Origin: Raphidiopsis brookii D9
GTDB taxonomy: Bacteria > Cyanobacteriota > Cyanobacteriia > Cyanobacteriales > Nostocaceae
DNA: 32,000 nucleotides
Reading direction: 5' to 3'
NCBI GenBank assembly: GCA_000175855.1
Contig: ACYB01000035.1
Location: 300,001 to 332,000, forward strand
Made by a program: the position numbers and the translations under genes. Shown here piece after piece: positions 1 through 9,402 of this stretch (position 1 is the first letter of the stretch; every line of letters begins with the position of its first letter). The notes below the pieces were generated by a model. It had not been told where the DNA came from. It saw only the letters and a program-made list of their open reading frames with translations, and did no database searches.

Positions 1-3000
1 AATCCACCGTAACCAATATCATAGGCCCAACCGTCACCTCCAATAATCCATACACTCTTTTTCACCAGGTAGTCAGCTAGGGATTGGAGATTTTTGACCT
101 GATTGCTGATTTCCGATTCCCCTAGTTCCTCCAGTCTTTGTTTGAGAACTGACACCCGTTCTCTTTGCTCGTAAATATCCGCTTCAGTTTTTTGTTCACA
201 GTTGAGAATTTCACTAACTAAATTTTCCCCTATACCTATATGGGATATATGGGATGCTAATTGTTGTAGCAAATAAGCTGCTGTTTCCTGTTGTTTATTT
301 ATAGAAACCCGAAAACCTAGACCAAATTCCGCATTATCTTCAAATAGACTATTAGACCAAGCTGGACCTCTTCCCTGGGAGTTTTTTGTCCAAGGTGTGG
401 TGGGTAAATTACCACCATATATAGATGAACAACCCGTCGCATTGGCCACAACCATGCGATCGCCAAATAATTGACTCACTAATTTAATATAAGGTGTTTC
501 ACCACATCCTGCACAAGCACCTGAGAACTCAAATAGGGGTTCTTGCATTTGTTGTTGATTAATATGGTGCAAATTTAAACCCCTCCGGTCTGGATTGGGT
601 AAATTCAAGAAGAAATCCCAATTTTCCCGTTCTTGTTCTCTTAATGGTCTTTGCTGTACCATATTGATAGCTTTTTTCTTCGGTTCGGCTTTATTTTTAG
701 CTGGACACACATCAACGCACAAAGCACAACCTGTACAGTCTTCCGCTGCAACCTGAATGGTAAATTTCAATTCATGCCAATCGTGTTCTTTAGCATTAGC
801 GGTTTTAAAAGTAGGAGGTGCATTTACCAGCTCTTCAGGTTGATAAACCTTACTTCTAATTACGCTATGAGGACAAACCATGACGCATTTACCACATTGA
901 ATACAAACTTGGGGATCCCAAACTGGTATTTCCTGAGCAATATTGCGTTTTTCCCATTTTGATGTTCCCGTGGGATATGTACCATCTACAGGTAAACAAC
1001 TAACTGGTAAATCATCCCCTTCTCGAGCTATCATTTTGCCTAACACATCTTTGACGAATATAGGTGCATGATCGGGGATAGTTGATTGTAGGGGGGAGGT
1101 AGCTAATGCTGCTTTTGGGGTAATTTGGTGTAAATTGTCTAGGGTTTTATCCACTGCTTGTATATTCATAGCCACAATTTCTTCACCCTTTTTACCGTAG
1201 GTTTTGCGAATGGATTTTTTAATCTTTTCTATGGCTTCTTCCCTAGGTAAAATACCAGAAACAGCAAAGAAACAGACCTGCATGACGGTGTTAATATATC
1301 CACCCATACCGGAATCTCTGGCAACTTTGTAGGCATTAATTACATAGAATTTGATTTGTTTATTGATAATTTCTGCTTGTAAAGAGTTGGGTAGTTTATC
1401 CCATACTTCTTCTGGGTTATATGGTGAATTGAGGAGAAATGTCCCACCGGGAACAAGGTCTTTCAACAGGGGAAATTTTTCCACAAATTCCCATTGATGA
1501 CAACCTAGGAAATTAGCTTTGGTGATTAAATAAGTGGCACGAATTGGTTGAGAACCAAATCGTAAATGAGAAACGGTAACTGAGCCAGATTTTTTAGAAT
1601 CATAGACGAAGTAACCCTGGGCATAATTGTCAGTTTCCTCGCCAATAATTTTGATTGAGTTTTTGTTAGCACCAACCGTACCATCAGCACCTAAACCATA
1701 GAATATGGCTCTCACAATACTATCCGATTCAATGTTAAATTCAGAATCGTATTCTAAACTACTATGGGTCACATCATCCCTGATACCAACTGTAAAATGG
1801 TTTTTAGTAGATATATTCTGATTTGAATCATTGACTCTGGGGAGTAAATGGTCAAACACAGCTTTTACCATAGCAGGTGTAAATTCTTTTGATGATAGCC
1901 CATATCTACCACCTACCACCTGAATTTTATGCAGTTGGGCTTCTCTTAATGCGGTAACAACATCTATATATAGAGGTTCACCAATTGCTCCCGGTTCCTT
2001 AGTTCTATCTAAAACTGCCATACTTAGGGTGGTTTCTGGTAGAGCATCAATAAACCTCTGGGTGTCAAAAGGTCTATATAGTCTTACTTTAACCACGCCC
2101 ACTTTTTCTCCCTGTTGATTGAGATAGTCCACTGTTTCATGGACTGTTTCACAACCTGAACCCATCAGAACAATTATTCTCTCAGCTTGTGGATCCCCAT
2201 GGTATTCAAACAGTTGATATTGACGACCTGTCATTTGACCAAACTCATCCATTACTCTTTGGGTAATGTCCGGACAAGCTAAGTAAAATGGATTCACTGT
2301 TTCCCTTGCTTGAAAGTAAACATCAGGGTTTTGGGCAGTTCCCCTTAATACTGGATTATCAGGTGTTAAAGCTCTTTTACGATGGGCTATAACTAACTCT
2401 ATGGGAATAAAACTTTTTAACTCCTCATTGGTCAGGATTTCTATTTTATTTACCTCGTGGGAAGTACGAAAACCATCGAAAAAGTGTAGAAATGGTATGC
2501 GAGACTCTAAACTAGTGCGGGTGGAAATCACTGCCAAATCCTGTGCTTCCTGCACTGATGCTGCACATAACATAGCAAAACCAGTACTTCTGGTGGCCAT
2601 GACATCACTATGATCCCCAAAAATTGATAGTGCTTGCGCTGCGAGCGATCGCGCTGCGACGTGGAATACTGTGGAGGTAAGTTCACCAGCAATTTTATAC
2701 ATATTGGGGATCATTAACATTAATCCCTGGGAAGCGGTAAATGTGGTGGTCAGGGAACCGGTTTGTAAAGCTCCATGTACAGCACCCGCAACACCACCTT
2801 CACTTTGTAACTGCACCACTGTGGGAACAATCCCCCAAATATTTGGTCGGTTATCGTTCATCCATCCATCGGAGGATTCGGCCATGGGTGAAGATGGTGT
2901 GATTGGATAGATGGCAATCACCTCATTCAGTGGATAGGTAACTCTAGCAACTGCTTCGTTACCATCTATTATGGCGTGGATTTGATTTTTACCTTTATTT

Positions 3001-3008
3001 TTGGGCAT
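1..3008 (-). CDS. nifJ: pyruvate:ferredoxin/flavodoxin oxidoreductase (PFOR), first ~1000 codons; gene runs off the left window edge
   Basis: Absent from the ORF track because no stop lies in the window. My minus-strand translation from ATG (complement of 3008-3006) reads MPKNKGKNQIHAIIDGNEAVARVTYPLNEVIAIYPITPSSPMAE... Two 4Fe-4S motifs: CIQCGKCVMVCP (870-905) and CTGCALCVDVCP (702-737). TPP-site GDGWAYDIGYGG at 3-38. The + strand ORFs at 651-2910 are antisense shadows. Confidence 0.9.
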   Translation of the reverse strand, partial: MPKNKGKNQIHAIIDGNEAVARVTYPLNEVIAIYPITPSSPMAESSDGWMNDNRPNIWGIVPTVVQLQSEGGVAGAVHGALQTGSLTTTFTASQGLMLMIPNMYKIAGELTSTVFHVAARSLAAQALSIFGDHSDVMATRSTGFAMLCAASVQEAQDLAVISTRTSLESRIPFLHFFDGFRTSHEVNKIEILTNEELKSFIPIELVIAHRKRALTPDNPVLRGTAQNPDVYFQARETVNPFYLACPDITQRVMDEFGQMTGRQYQLFEYHGDPQAERIIVLMGSGCETVHETVDYLNQQGEKVGVVKVRLYRPFDTQRFIDALPETTLSMAVLDRTKEPGAIGEPLYIDVVTALREAQLHKIQVVGGRYGLSSKEFTPAMVKAVFDHLLPRVNDSNQNISTKNHFTVGIRDDVTHSSLEYDSEFNIESDSIVRAIFYGLGADGTVGANKNSIKIIGEETDNYAQGYFVYDSKKSGSVTVSHLRFGSQPIRATYLITKANFLGCHQWEFVEKFPLLKDLVPGGTFLLNSPYNPEEVWDKLPNSLQAEIINKQIKFYVINAYKVARDSGMGGYINTVMQVCFFAVSGILPREEAIEKIKKSIRKTYGKKGEEIVAMNIQAVDKTLDNLHQITPKAALATSPLQSTIPDHAPIFVKDVLGKMIAREGDDLPVSCLPVDGTYPTGTSKWEKRNIAQEIPVWDPQVCIQCGKCVMVCPHSVIRSKVYQPEELVNAPPTFKTANAKEHDWHELKFTIQVAAEDCTGCALCVDVCPAKNKAEPKKKAINMVQQRPLREQERENWDFFLNLPNPDRRGLNLHHINQQQMQEPLFEFSGACAGCGETPYIKLVSQLFGDRMVVANATGCSSIYGGNLPTTPWTKNSQGRGPAWSNSLFEDNAEFGLGFRVSINKQQETAAYLLQQLASHISHIGIGENLVSEILNCEQKTEADIYEQRERVSVLKQRLEELGESEISNQVKNLQSLADYLVKKSVWIIGGDGWAYDIGYGG

Positions 3009-3251
3009 AATTCCCTAACCTAATTGATTATTGACTTTAGTAAACACTAGTAAACATAGGCGCTTACGCTTAATAGATATATGTAATACCTTGTAGGCAT
3101 TAATACTTCCAGACTCCCTTTTAGGATATGGGAAAAAGTTGGGGAACTTGTGAGGATAAAGAGCAATTTAATGTAAAATCAGTGCGATCGCCCAAATAGA
3201 TTTTATACGGGTTTCGCACCAAAGGATTTCATAGATTTTTACAGGAGATTG

Positions 3252-3509
3252 TTAAGAATGACTATTGATTGTCTCTAATGCTTCTTGTGGGATGGGAATA
3301 GCTGTGGTGACCACTGGGTTGTTTTCTTTAGCGATTCGACTATAAGTACGCTGAGGTATATAGTGAAGCGGATTGTAGCCCATAGATCTTAAAATAAGGA
3401 CACAAGCCCAAGAATATCTACCATTGGAAATAGCAGTAAGTATCTGATTGAGTTCTTCCGGGGTAATCGGACTTTCGAAATTACTAGTGGAGGAAGTGGA
3501 GTAGTTCAT
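3252..3509 (-). CDS. HetP-family (heterocyst commitment protein-like) small protein
   Basis: 85-aa ORF. The core [38 protein letters not shown] matches the conserved HetP domain as I recall it from Anabaena HetP and its short paralogues (..G.YSWACVL.LR..GYNP.HYIP.RTYNRL.KEN). Confidence 0.6.
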   Translation of the reverse strand: MNYSTSSTSNFESPITPEELNQILTAISNGRYSWACVLILRSMGYNPLHYIPQRTYSRIAKENNPVVTTAIPIPQEALETINSHS

Positions 3510-3880
3510 AATAGCCCTTATATTATTTTGGTCGGATATGGGATCTGAATTTTCGCATGGAAGATTTAGCTATCCAAGAGAAGTCTTGATTTAATAGGAA
3601 AACAATTGTGATGATATGTAGAATACTATGTTTTTTGGTTTTTTTTAGCCACTCTGGCAAATTATATCAAAAGTCACAATCCTCAAGCTTATACTTCAAG
3701 AATTATTTTTAGGAAGTAATATTTTCATACTTGAGTCAGATGCAATTACTTTAATAATTTATTTACAATGACACAATATATATATTGTATATCGATCATT
3801 TTGTTGGCAAAAACGTTTACTATTTGAATTTTATTTCTCCTGAAGATAATGATCCTAAAAGAGCAATTTTTGACTAAAAA

Positions 3881-5920
3881 ATGGAAAAGAATCAAGATTT
3901 TATCTACACAGATTGGATTTTAATTGAAACTAATTTTAGATCAGAAAAACTACATAACAGAGAAACTATTTTCACTATTGGTAATGGTTACCTAGGGACA
4001 CGAGGTAGTTTTGAAGAAGGTTATCCTTGTGCTTCACCTGCTACCTTTATTCATGGGGTTTATGATCCTATTCCCCCCCTTCGTACAGAAATGGCTAACT
4101 GTCCAGATTGTCTACCATTAGTAATTACAATTGAGGGCGATCGCTTTGGTCTAGATCAAGGTACAATACTGCAGTACAATCGGGAACTTGATTTGCGTCA
4201 GGGAATTCTGAGTCGTTCTTTACAATGGCGCAGTCCCAGTGGTAAGACTATAGACATCTATTTTGAAAGATTTGCCAGCATGGCGGATCACCATGTATTA
4301 TGTCAACGTTGCACTTTAACTTTCTTAGACTTTCATGGTAGAATTGAATTGCAAAGTGGGATTAATGGGTATCCGGAAAACAGGGGGTTTAATCCTTGGG
4401 AACGATTGGAGCAAGGAAAGCTGGACCAGGGATTCTGGTTACACAGTCGCAATCGTCAAAGTCGACTTGATATGGGAATAGCGGGAAAAATTAGTCTTTT
4501 GGGAGTAGAAGGCCATTCACAAGTCAATGTTGCTCCCAGTTATCCCGGTATTAGTGCAACTTTTAGGTGTTCACCAAATCAGACCATCACCATTGAGAAG
4601 ATCATCACCCTATTTACCTCAAGAGATGTTCCAGATCCACTATTAGCTGCAAAGTCCAAACTCTATTATCTTCCAGACTATGTCACCCTATATAACGCTA
4701 ATCAACAAGAATGGAATCAAATTTGGCAACAAAGTGATATTTTGATTGAGGGGGATAGTAAAGCAGCTTTTGCGGTCCGGTATAATCTTTTTCAAATCCT
4801 AATTGCTGCTTCTAGTTACGATGATAAGGTTAGTATACCAGCTAAAACTATTTCCGCTTTTTTCCACCACAGTTATATATTTTGGGATACAGAAGTTTTT
4901 ATCTTGCCATTTCTGATCCTTACCCAACCAATTATGGCTCGTAATCTACTAAATTATCGCTACCATATTTTAGCAGCGGATTTGGCTAAACCTGATGAAG
5001 TATATCAAAGATTTATGCAAAAAGCAATGTTAGGTTTAGAAGAGATTATGGGAAATACCATAGATGCTATTCACAGCAGTAGCGCAGGTGCTGTTTGGCA
5101 AGCTGTAGTTTTTGGTTTTGGAGGTATTCAATTTATCGATGATCAACCCGTGGCCTATCCCCATTTACCCCCAGGTTGGACAAGACTACAGTTTAAATTA
5201 TACTGGCATGGTCAATGGCATAATTTTGATTTACACCCAGGAATAGTTACTCAAAAAAAATCTCGTCCCATAGGGGGGATTATTTTTGATTTGGATGGAG
5301 TGTTGATAGATACTTGTGAATATCACTACCAGTCTTGGCAAAAATTAGCCAATGAAGAAAAAATACCTTTTGACCGGGAAATTCATGAAAGTCTCCGAGG
5401 AATCTCCGATTGGGATTTTTTAATTTCCATAATAGGCGATCGCCAATATTCAGAATTCCAATTAAGGGAGATAATGGATCGCAGGAATAGATATTATATT
5501 CAACTCATACAAAATATTACCCCTGACAATTTACTCCCGGGGGTCAATTGTCTAATAGATGATCTACGTCGGGTGGGTTTAAAAATAGCTTTAGGTTCCT
5601 CTGGCAAAAATGCTCAATTACTTGTAGAGAAACTAGGAATTGGGGAAGAAATCGATTCTATTACGGATGGTTATAATGTAAGCAAACCAAAACCAGCACC
5701 TGATTTATTTCTATTTGCAGCTCAACAATTAGGAGTTATTCCGCGACAATGTGTAGTATTTGAAGATGGAGCATCAGGTATAGACGCAGCCCTAGCTGCA
5801 GGTATGTGGGTAGTAGGAATAGGATCACCGGAAAGGGTAAAGGGTGCCCACATTGTAGTACCCAATTTGGTGGGTATGACCTGGGAGAAACTGCAAGGGA
5901 AATTACAAGATCTTGCTTGA
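3881..5920 (+). CDS. glycoside hydrolase family 65 (kojibiose/maltose phosphorylase-like) N-terminal part fused to beta-phosphoglucomutase-type HAD hydrolase; the GH65 catalytic barrel appears internally deleted
   Basis: GH65 N-domain signature TIGNGYLGTRGSFEEGYP. Start of the barrel: YIFWDTEVFILPF...ARNLLNYRYH. End of the barrel plus C-domain: AGAVWQAVVFGFGGIQ...LPPGWTRLQFKL. From about aa 467 a complete HAD/beta-PGM module: IIFDLDGVLIDT, SKPKPAPDLF, FEDGASGIDAALAAGM. Confidence 0.75.
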   Translation: MEKNQDFIYTDWILIETNFRSEKLHNRETIFTIGNGYLGTRGSFEEGYPCASPATFIHGVYDPIPPLRTEMANCPDCLPLVITIEGDRFGLDQGTILQYNRELDLRQGILSRSLQWRSPSGKTIDIYFERFASMADHHVLCQRCTLTFLDFHGRIELQSGINGYPENRGFNPWERLEQGKLDQGFWLHSRNRQSRLDMGIAGKISLLGVEGHSQVNVAPSYPGISATFRCSPNQTITIEKIITLFTSRDVPDPLLAAKSKLYYLPDYVTLYNANQQEWNQIWQQSDILIEGDSKAAFAVRYNLFQILIAASSYDDKVSIPAKTISAFFHHSYIFWDTEVFILPFLILTQPIMARNLLNYRYHILAADLAKPDEVYQRFMQKAMLGLEEIMGNTIDAIHSSSAGAVWQAVVFGFGGIQFIDDQPVAYPHLPPGWTRLQFKLYWHGQWHNFDLHPGIVTQKKSRPIGGIIFDLDGVLIDTCEYHYQSWQKLANEEKIPFDREIHESLRGISDWDFLISIIGDRQYSEFQLREIMDRRNRYYIQLIQNITPDNLLPGVNCLIDDLRRVGLKIALGSSGKNAQLLVEKLGIGEEIDSITDGYNVSKPKPAPDLFLFAAQQLGVIPRQCVVFEDGASGIDAALAAGMWVVGIGSPERVKGAHIVVPNLVGMTWEKLQGKLQDLA

Positions 5921-5927
5921 CAACGGT

Positions 5928-6602
5928 TCAAAAATTGATACTATTGACATTGTGGATATCATTGGTTTTGTGTAGAATAAATAGACCTTGATCACCTCCC
6001 CTACCAATTCGGAAATTCTCATCCAGGTAAGTAATATCCAGACTGGGAACTCTTCCTTTAGGATTGTTAGCGGGTGCAACGTTTAATGGGTTGAGCATGG
6101 GAGTGCTAATACCCAAAATTTCATCAATGGCTAAATAACGTTTATCAAAATAGACATTGATACGTTGATTAGGTAAACCGGAGTTGTCCAAATGTGCTTC
6201 AAATCTAGCTGTCACCTTAACACCACCAGAGACAATTTTCCATGGGTGTTTCACCTGAGCAAGATTGAAAAATTCTGCCTGTGCTACATTAATCACCTGA
6301 AATACCTGACCTACCTGTAGTCCAAGGGGGAGAGAATCTAAAACCCTAATTTCTCTAGCTGTGGAGTATTCTAACTTCCAAGCTCCATTGAGCAGATTAA
6401 TAGCATTGCGCAGAGGTTGAGGATTGGGATTCAATTTTTCTAGTTCAACCGTCAACTCCTCCATTCGGGATGCTTGATTTTCCTCGATTTTTATATTGGT
6501 AATTGGGGCACTCATGGACTGACCACCGTTCTGTTTAGTCAGTGATTCACGTAGTGATTCAATTAACTCTTGTAATTGTTCCTTAACTATTTGATAATTC
6601 AT
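5928..6602 (-). CDS. PAP/fibrillin family (plastid-lipid-associated-like) protein
   Basis: 224-aa ORF with the fibrillin-type block LNGAWKLEYSTAREI...LGLQVGQVFQVI...FNLAQV and C-terminal LDITYLDENFRIGRGGDQGLFILHK. Recognised by eye only. Confidence 0.6.
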   Translation of the reverse strand: MNYQIVKEQLQELIESLRESLTKQNGGQSMSAPITNIKIEENQASRMEELTVELEKLNPNPQPLRNAINLLNGAWKLEYSTAREIRVLDSLPLGLQVGQVFQVINVAQAEFFNLAQVKHPWKIVSGGVKVTARFEAHLDNSGLPNQRINVYFDKRYLAIDEILGISTPMLNPLNVAPANNPKGRVPSLDITYLDENFRIGRGGDQGLFILHKTNDIHNVNSINF

Positions 6603-6864
6603 ATAATAAGTTAACTTAGGGAAAAATAGGGAATTGCCAAAACTCCCATACTTATAAGCGAGAGATGAAGCATCCCAGGACAGTTCTAACCGACTTTTTA
6701 TATATTGACATTTTATCTAGAACATGTCAATGTGAGCTTGTCCTAAGTTGACAATTTAATAGACAAACATTTACACTCATAGACAAAACCATGAGTGGCT
6801 TTATGTTTAAACCTCATGAATTTGCTAAAAAAATCGGAGTTTCAGGTTAAGAAATCCTAGTTTG

Positions 6865-7650
6865 TTAGCATCCCAAATACGCTTGCAAAACTTGCGGGTT
6901 AGTCTGAATTTCTGCAGGAGTGCCAACAGCTAAATTCTGACCTTCTGCTAGTACCCAAACACAGTCACATAGGGACATGATCACATCCATATTATGTTCA
7001 ATAATTAAAAAAGTTAGTTTTTCTTCCCGATTCCACTTAATAATGCGATCGCATATATCATCTATTAGTTTAGGGTTTACCCCAGCTGCTGGTTCATCTA
7101 ATAGTATTAGTTTAGGGTTTGTCATTAAGGCCCTTCCCATTTCCAATAATTTGCGCTGTCCACCGGATAGACTACCTGCATAATCATGAGCCTTGTGTGC
7201 TAAACCGACGGATGTCAACAAAGACATTGCTCTTTGGGTGATTTGTTTTTCTTGTTTGAGGACTATATGATGCTGGAATTGCACTCGCCAAAAATTCTCA
7301 CCCGTTTGTTTTTGTCCTGCTAACAACATGTTTTCCAGGACTGATAAACGGGAAAGGGTTTTAGCTACTTGAAAAGTGCGAGTTAGACCTTGTTGAGCAA
7401 TTTGAAAGGGTTGTAAGTTATGAATTGGTTCCCCATTAAAAATCACTCTCCCCCGATCTGGACGGATGAAGTTGGATAGTAAATTAAAGAGAGTTGTTTT
7501 ACCAGCACCATTAGGACCTATGAGTCCAGTAATACTACCCTGGTTAACTTCAATATTGGCATTTTTTACAGCTTGAACTCCACCAAAAGTTTTACAAAGT
7601 CCAGTTGCTGACAATAGGGGGAGTTGGGGGATTTTTATACTAGTTACCAC
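6865..7650 (-). CDS. ABC transporter ATP-binding protein, LivG/NatA-like (branched-chain or neutral amino-acid uptake type)
   Basis: Walker A GPNGAGKTT, signature LSGGQRKLLEMGRAL, Walker B LILLDEPAAGVNP and H-loop IIEHNMDV. EPAAGxNP and IEHxM are typical of the LivG branch. No permease gene is adjacent. Confidence 0.8.
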   Translation of the reverse strand: MVTSIKIPQLPLLSATGLCKTFGGVQAVKNANIEVNQGSITGLIGPNGAGKTTLFNLLSNFIRPDRGRVIFNGEPIHNLQPFQIAQQGLTRTFQVAKTLSRLSVLENMLLAGQKQTGENFWRVQFQHHIVLKQEKQITQRAMSLLTSVGLAHKAHDYAGSLSGGQRKLLEMGRALMTNPKLILLDEPAAGVNPKLIDDICDRIIKWNREEKLTFLIIEHNMDVIMSLCDCVWVLAEGQNLAVGTPAEIQTNPQVLQAYLGC

Positions 7651-7958
7651 AGTGATTTTCAGTTTCGAGTTAGTCTTGTTGTTAGCTTTTATCCACTGGT
7701 GGGAAATATCAGACGTTGGTCATGGGGAGTCAATTATATGGATATATGGGGGGTATATGGGGACACAGATTTTTACTATATAATTATGACATACAAGTAT
7801 ATCATCGTCAAATTCATCTGTCAACTCCCAGCAGTTCTAAATTTGAAGTAGTTTCCTAGCAATACTTTATACAATTTTCTAGAATTTCCGCGAGCTGACC
7901 AGCAAACCAGAGTTTAGAATGAAGATGATTAAGACTAAAAGCCGTAATTTTTACGCCC

Positions 7959-8561
7959 ATGAATACCCTAGATGCAATTGAGCAAAGACGATCAGTTAAG
8001 CATTACGATGCCAGCCATAGCATGACTGAAGCAGAAATTCACCAGTTAATGCAATTAGCGCTGCTTTCCCCTACTTCCTTCAATATCCAAAATTGGCGTT
8101 TTGTGGTGGTAACTGATCCCCAACTCCGTCAAGCCTTGCGGGCCGCATCCTTCAACCAAGCCCAAGTCACAGACGCATCTATTACCGTGATTTTATGTGC
8201 CGATCTGGATGCAGCTATTAAAGAACCAGGACGGTATTGGCGTACTGTCCCCCCAGAAGTCCAGGAAAGACTGATACCCATGATTTCCGGCTTTTATGAG
8301 GGAAAACAACAAATAAAGCGGGATGAAGCTATGCGATCATGTGGGATTGCGGCTCAAACGTTGATGTTAGCAGCAAAGGCTATGGGCTACGATAGCTGCC
8401 CGATGGTGGGCTTTGATGCTCAGAAGGTGGCAGAGTTAATTAAACTGCCAGAGGATCACATTATTACAATGATGATTACCATTGGCAAGGCCCTTAAACC
8501 GGCTCAACCCCGTGGTGGTCAATTGCCCTATGAGGAAGTTGTGATCAGTAACACGTTTTAG
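7959..8561 (+). CDS. nitroreductase family protein (NAD(P)H-flavin oxidoreductase-like)
   Basis: 200-aa ORF starting MNTLDAIEQRRSVKHYD..., with SPTSFNIQNWRFVVV and AAQTLMLAAKAMGYDSCPMVGFD, the classic nitroreductase-fold motifs. Confidence 0.8.
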   Translation: MNTLDAIEQRRSVKHYDASHSMTEAEIHQLMQLALLSPTSFNIQNWRFVVVTDPQLRQALRAASFNQAQVTDASITVILCADLDAAIKEPGRYWRTVPPEVQERLIPMISGFYEGKQQIKRDEAMRSCGIAAQTLMLAAKAMGYDSCPMVGFDAQKVAELIKLPEDHIITMMITIGKALKPAQPRGGQLPYEEVVISNTF

Positions 8562-8759
8562 TTTATCCACAGGGATATAAAATTACTGGGTTCCGCTGTT
8601 GTTCAGCTACACTGTATAATATAAACTAAATCAATCATGCGATCCCTCCCCTTAAATTAAGTGGAGGGTTAGTATCTGAATGAAAATATCTGGGTATATC
8701 TTGGCAAATCTTCGGGAATACCCATATAATAAAATGTATACTATATCAGAAACAACAAT

Positions 8760-9401
8760 ATGGAAGACATTCAATTAGTGACCATCAGCATTGGAGATGC
8801 TGCCAAAGAATTAGGAGTTTCAGTAGACACAATTAGGCGTTGGGCTGACCAAGAAAAAATTCGATATGAACGCGCTCCCAGTGGACATAGACGCTTCTAT
8901 CTAGCAGACATCAAACGAATTACACCACGAGACTTGAAACAATTAGATGACCGTATAACAATTAATTACGCAAGAGTTTCAAGTCATGATCACAAGAATG
9001 ATTTAACAAGACAAATCCAAGTCCTAGAAGCTTTCAGTGGTTCTAATGGTTGGCAGTTTGAAACCATTCAAGATTTGGGAAGTGGTTTGAACTACAACAA
9101 GAAAGGATTGAAAAAGTTACTGACTCGAATACTCAAAGGCGATGTAGGCAGGTTAGTACTAACTCACAAAGACAGATTGTTACGATTTGGTGCGGAGTTA
9201 GTATTTGCAATCTGCGAGGATATGGAAACCGAAGTTGTGATTATCAACAAGTCTACAGAAGAATTGAGTTTTGAACAGGAATTAGTCCAAGATATGATGG
9301 AGTTAGTAACTGTCTTTAGTGCGCGTCTTTATGGCTCTAGAAGTCCTAAAAACAAAAAGTTGATTGATGGAATATCAAGTGTAATTGATGAGGTGAAATG
9401 A
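8760..9401 (+). CDS. tnpA: IS607-family serine-recombinase transposase TnpA (MerR-like HTH plus resolvase catalytic domain)
   Basis: N-terminal HTH IGDAAKELGVSVDTIRRWADQEKI, followed by the serine-recombinase motif INYARVSSHDHKNDLTRQIQ. At 213 aa the length is typical. Confidence 0.85.
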   Translation: MEDIQLVTISIGDAAKELGVSVDTIRRWADQEKIRYERAPSGHRRFYLADIKRITPRDLKQLDDRITINYARVSSHDHKNDLTRQIQVLEAFSGSNGWQFETIQDLGSGLNYNKKGLKKLLTRILKGDVGRLVLTHKDRLLRFGAELVFAICEDMETEVVIINKSTEELSFEQELVQDMMELVTVFSARLYGSRSPKNKKLIDGISSVIDEVK

Positions 9402-9402
9402 T

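Noticed and set aside
651-2910. Plus-strand ORFs 651-962, 2401-2613 and 2671-2910
   Set aside because: They lie entirely antisense to the continuous, motif-rich nifJ reading frame. They are shadow ORFs.
3083-3096. NtcA-like site GTA-N8-TAG, 75-88 nt upstream of nifJ, and the direct repeat TAGTAAACA x2 at about 3036-3057
   Set aside because: One half-site deviates from the GTA-N8-TAC consensus and I could not identify a correctly spaced -10 box. It is not strong enough to call.
7624-7851. 75-aa ORF in the ABC ATPase / nitroreductase intergenic region, which also holds three TATATGG(G) repeats at about 7735-7765
   Set aside because: It starts inside the ABC gene on the other strand and has an odd Tyr/Ile-rich composition and no recognisable ribosome-binding site. 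The region is more plausibly a divergent promoter spacer.
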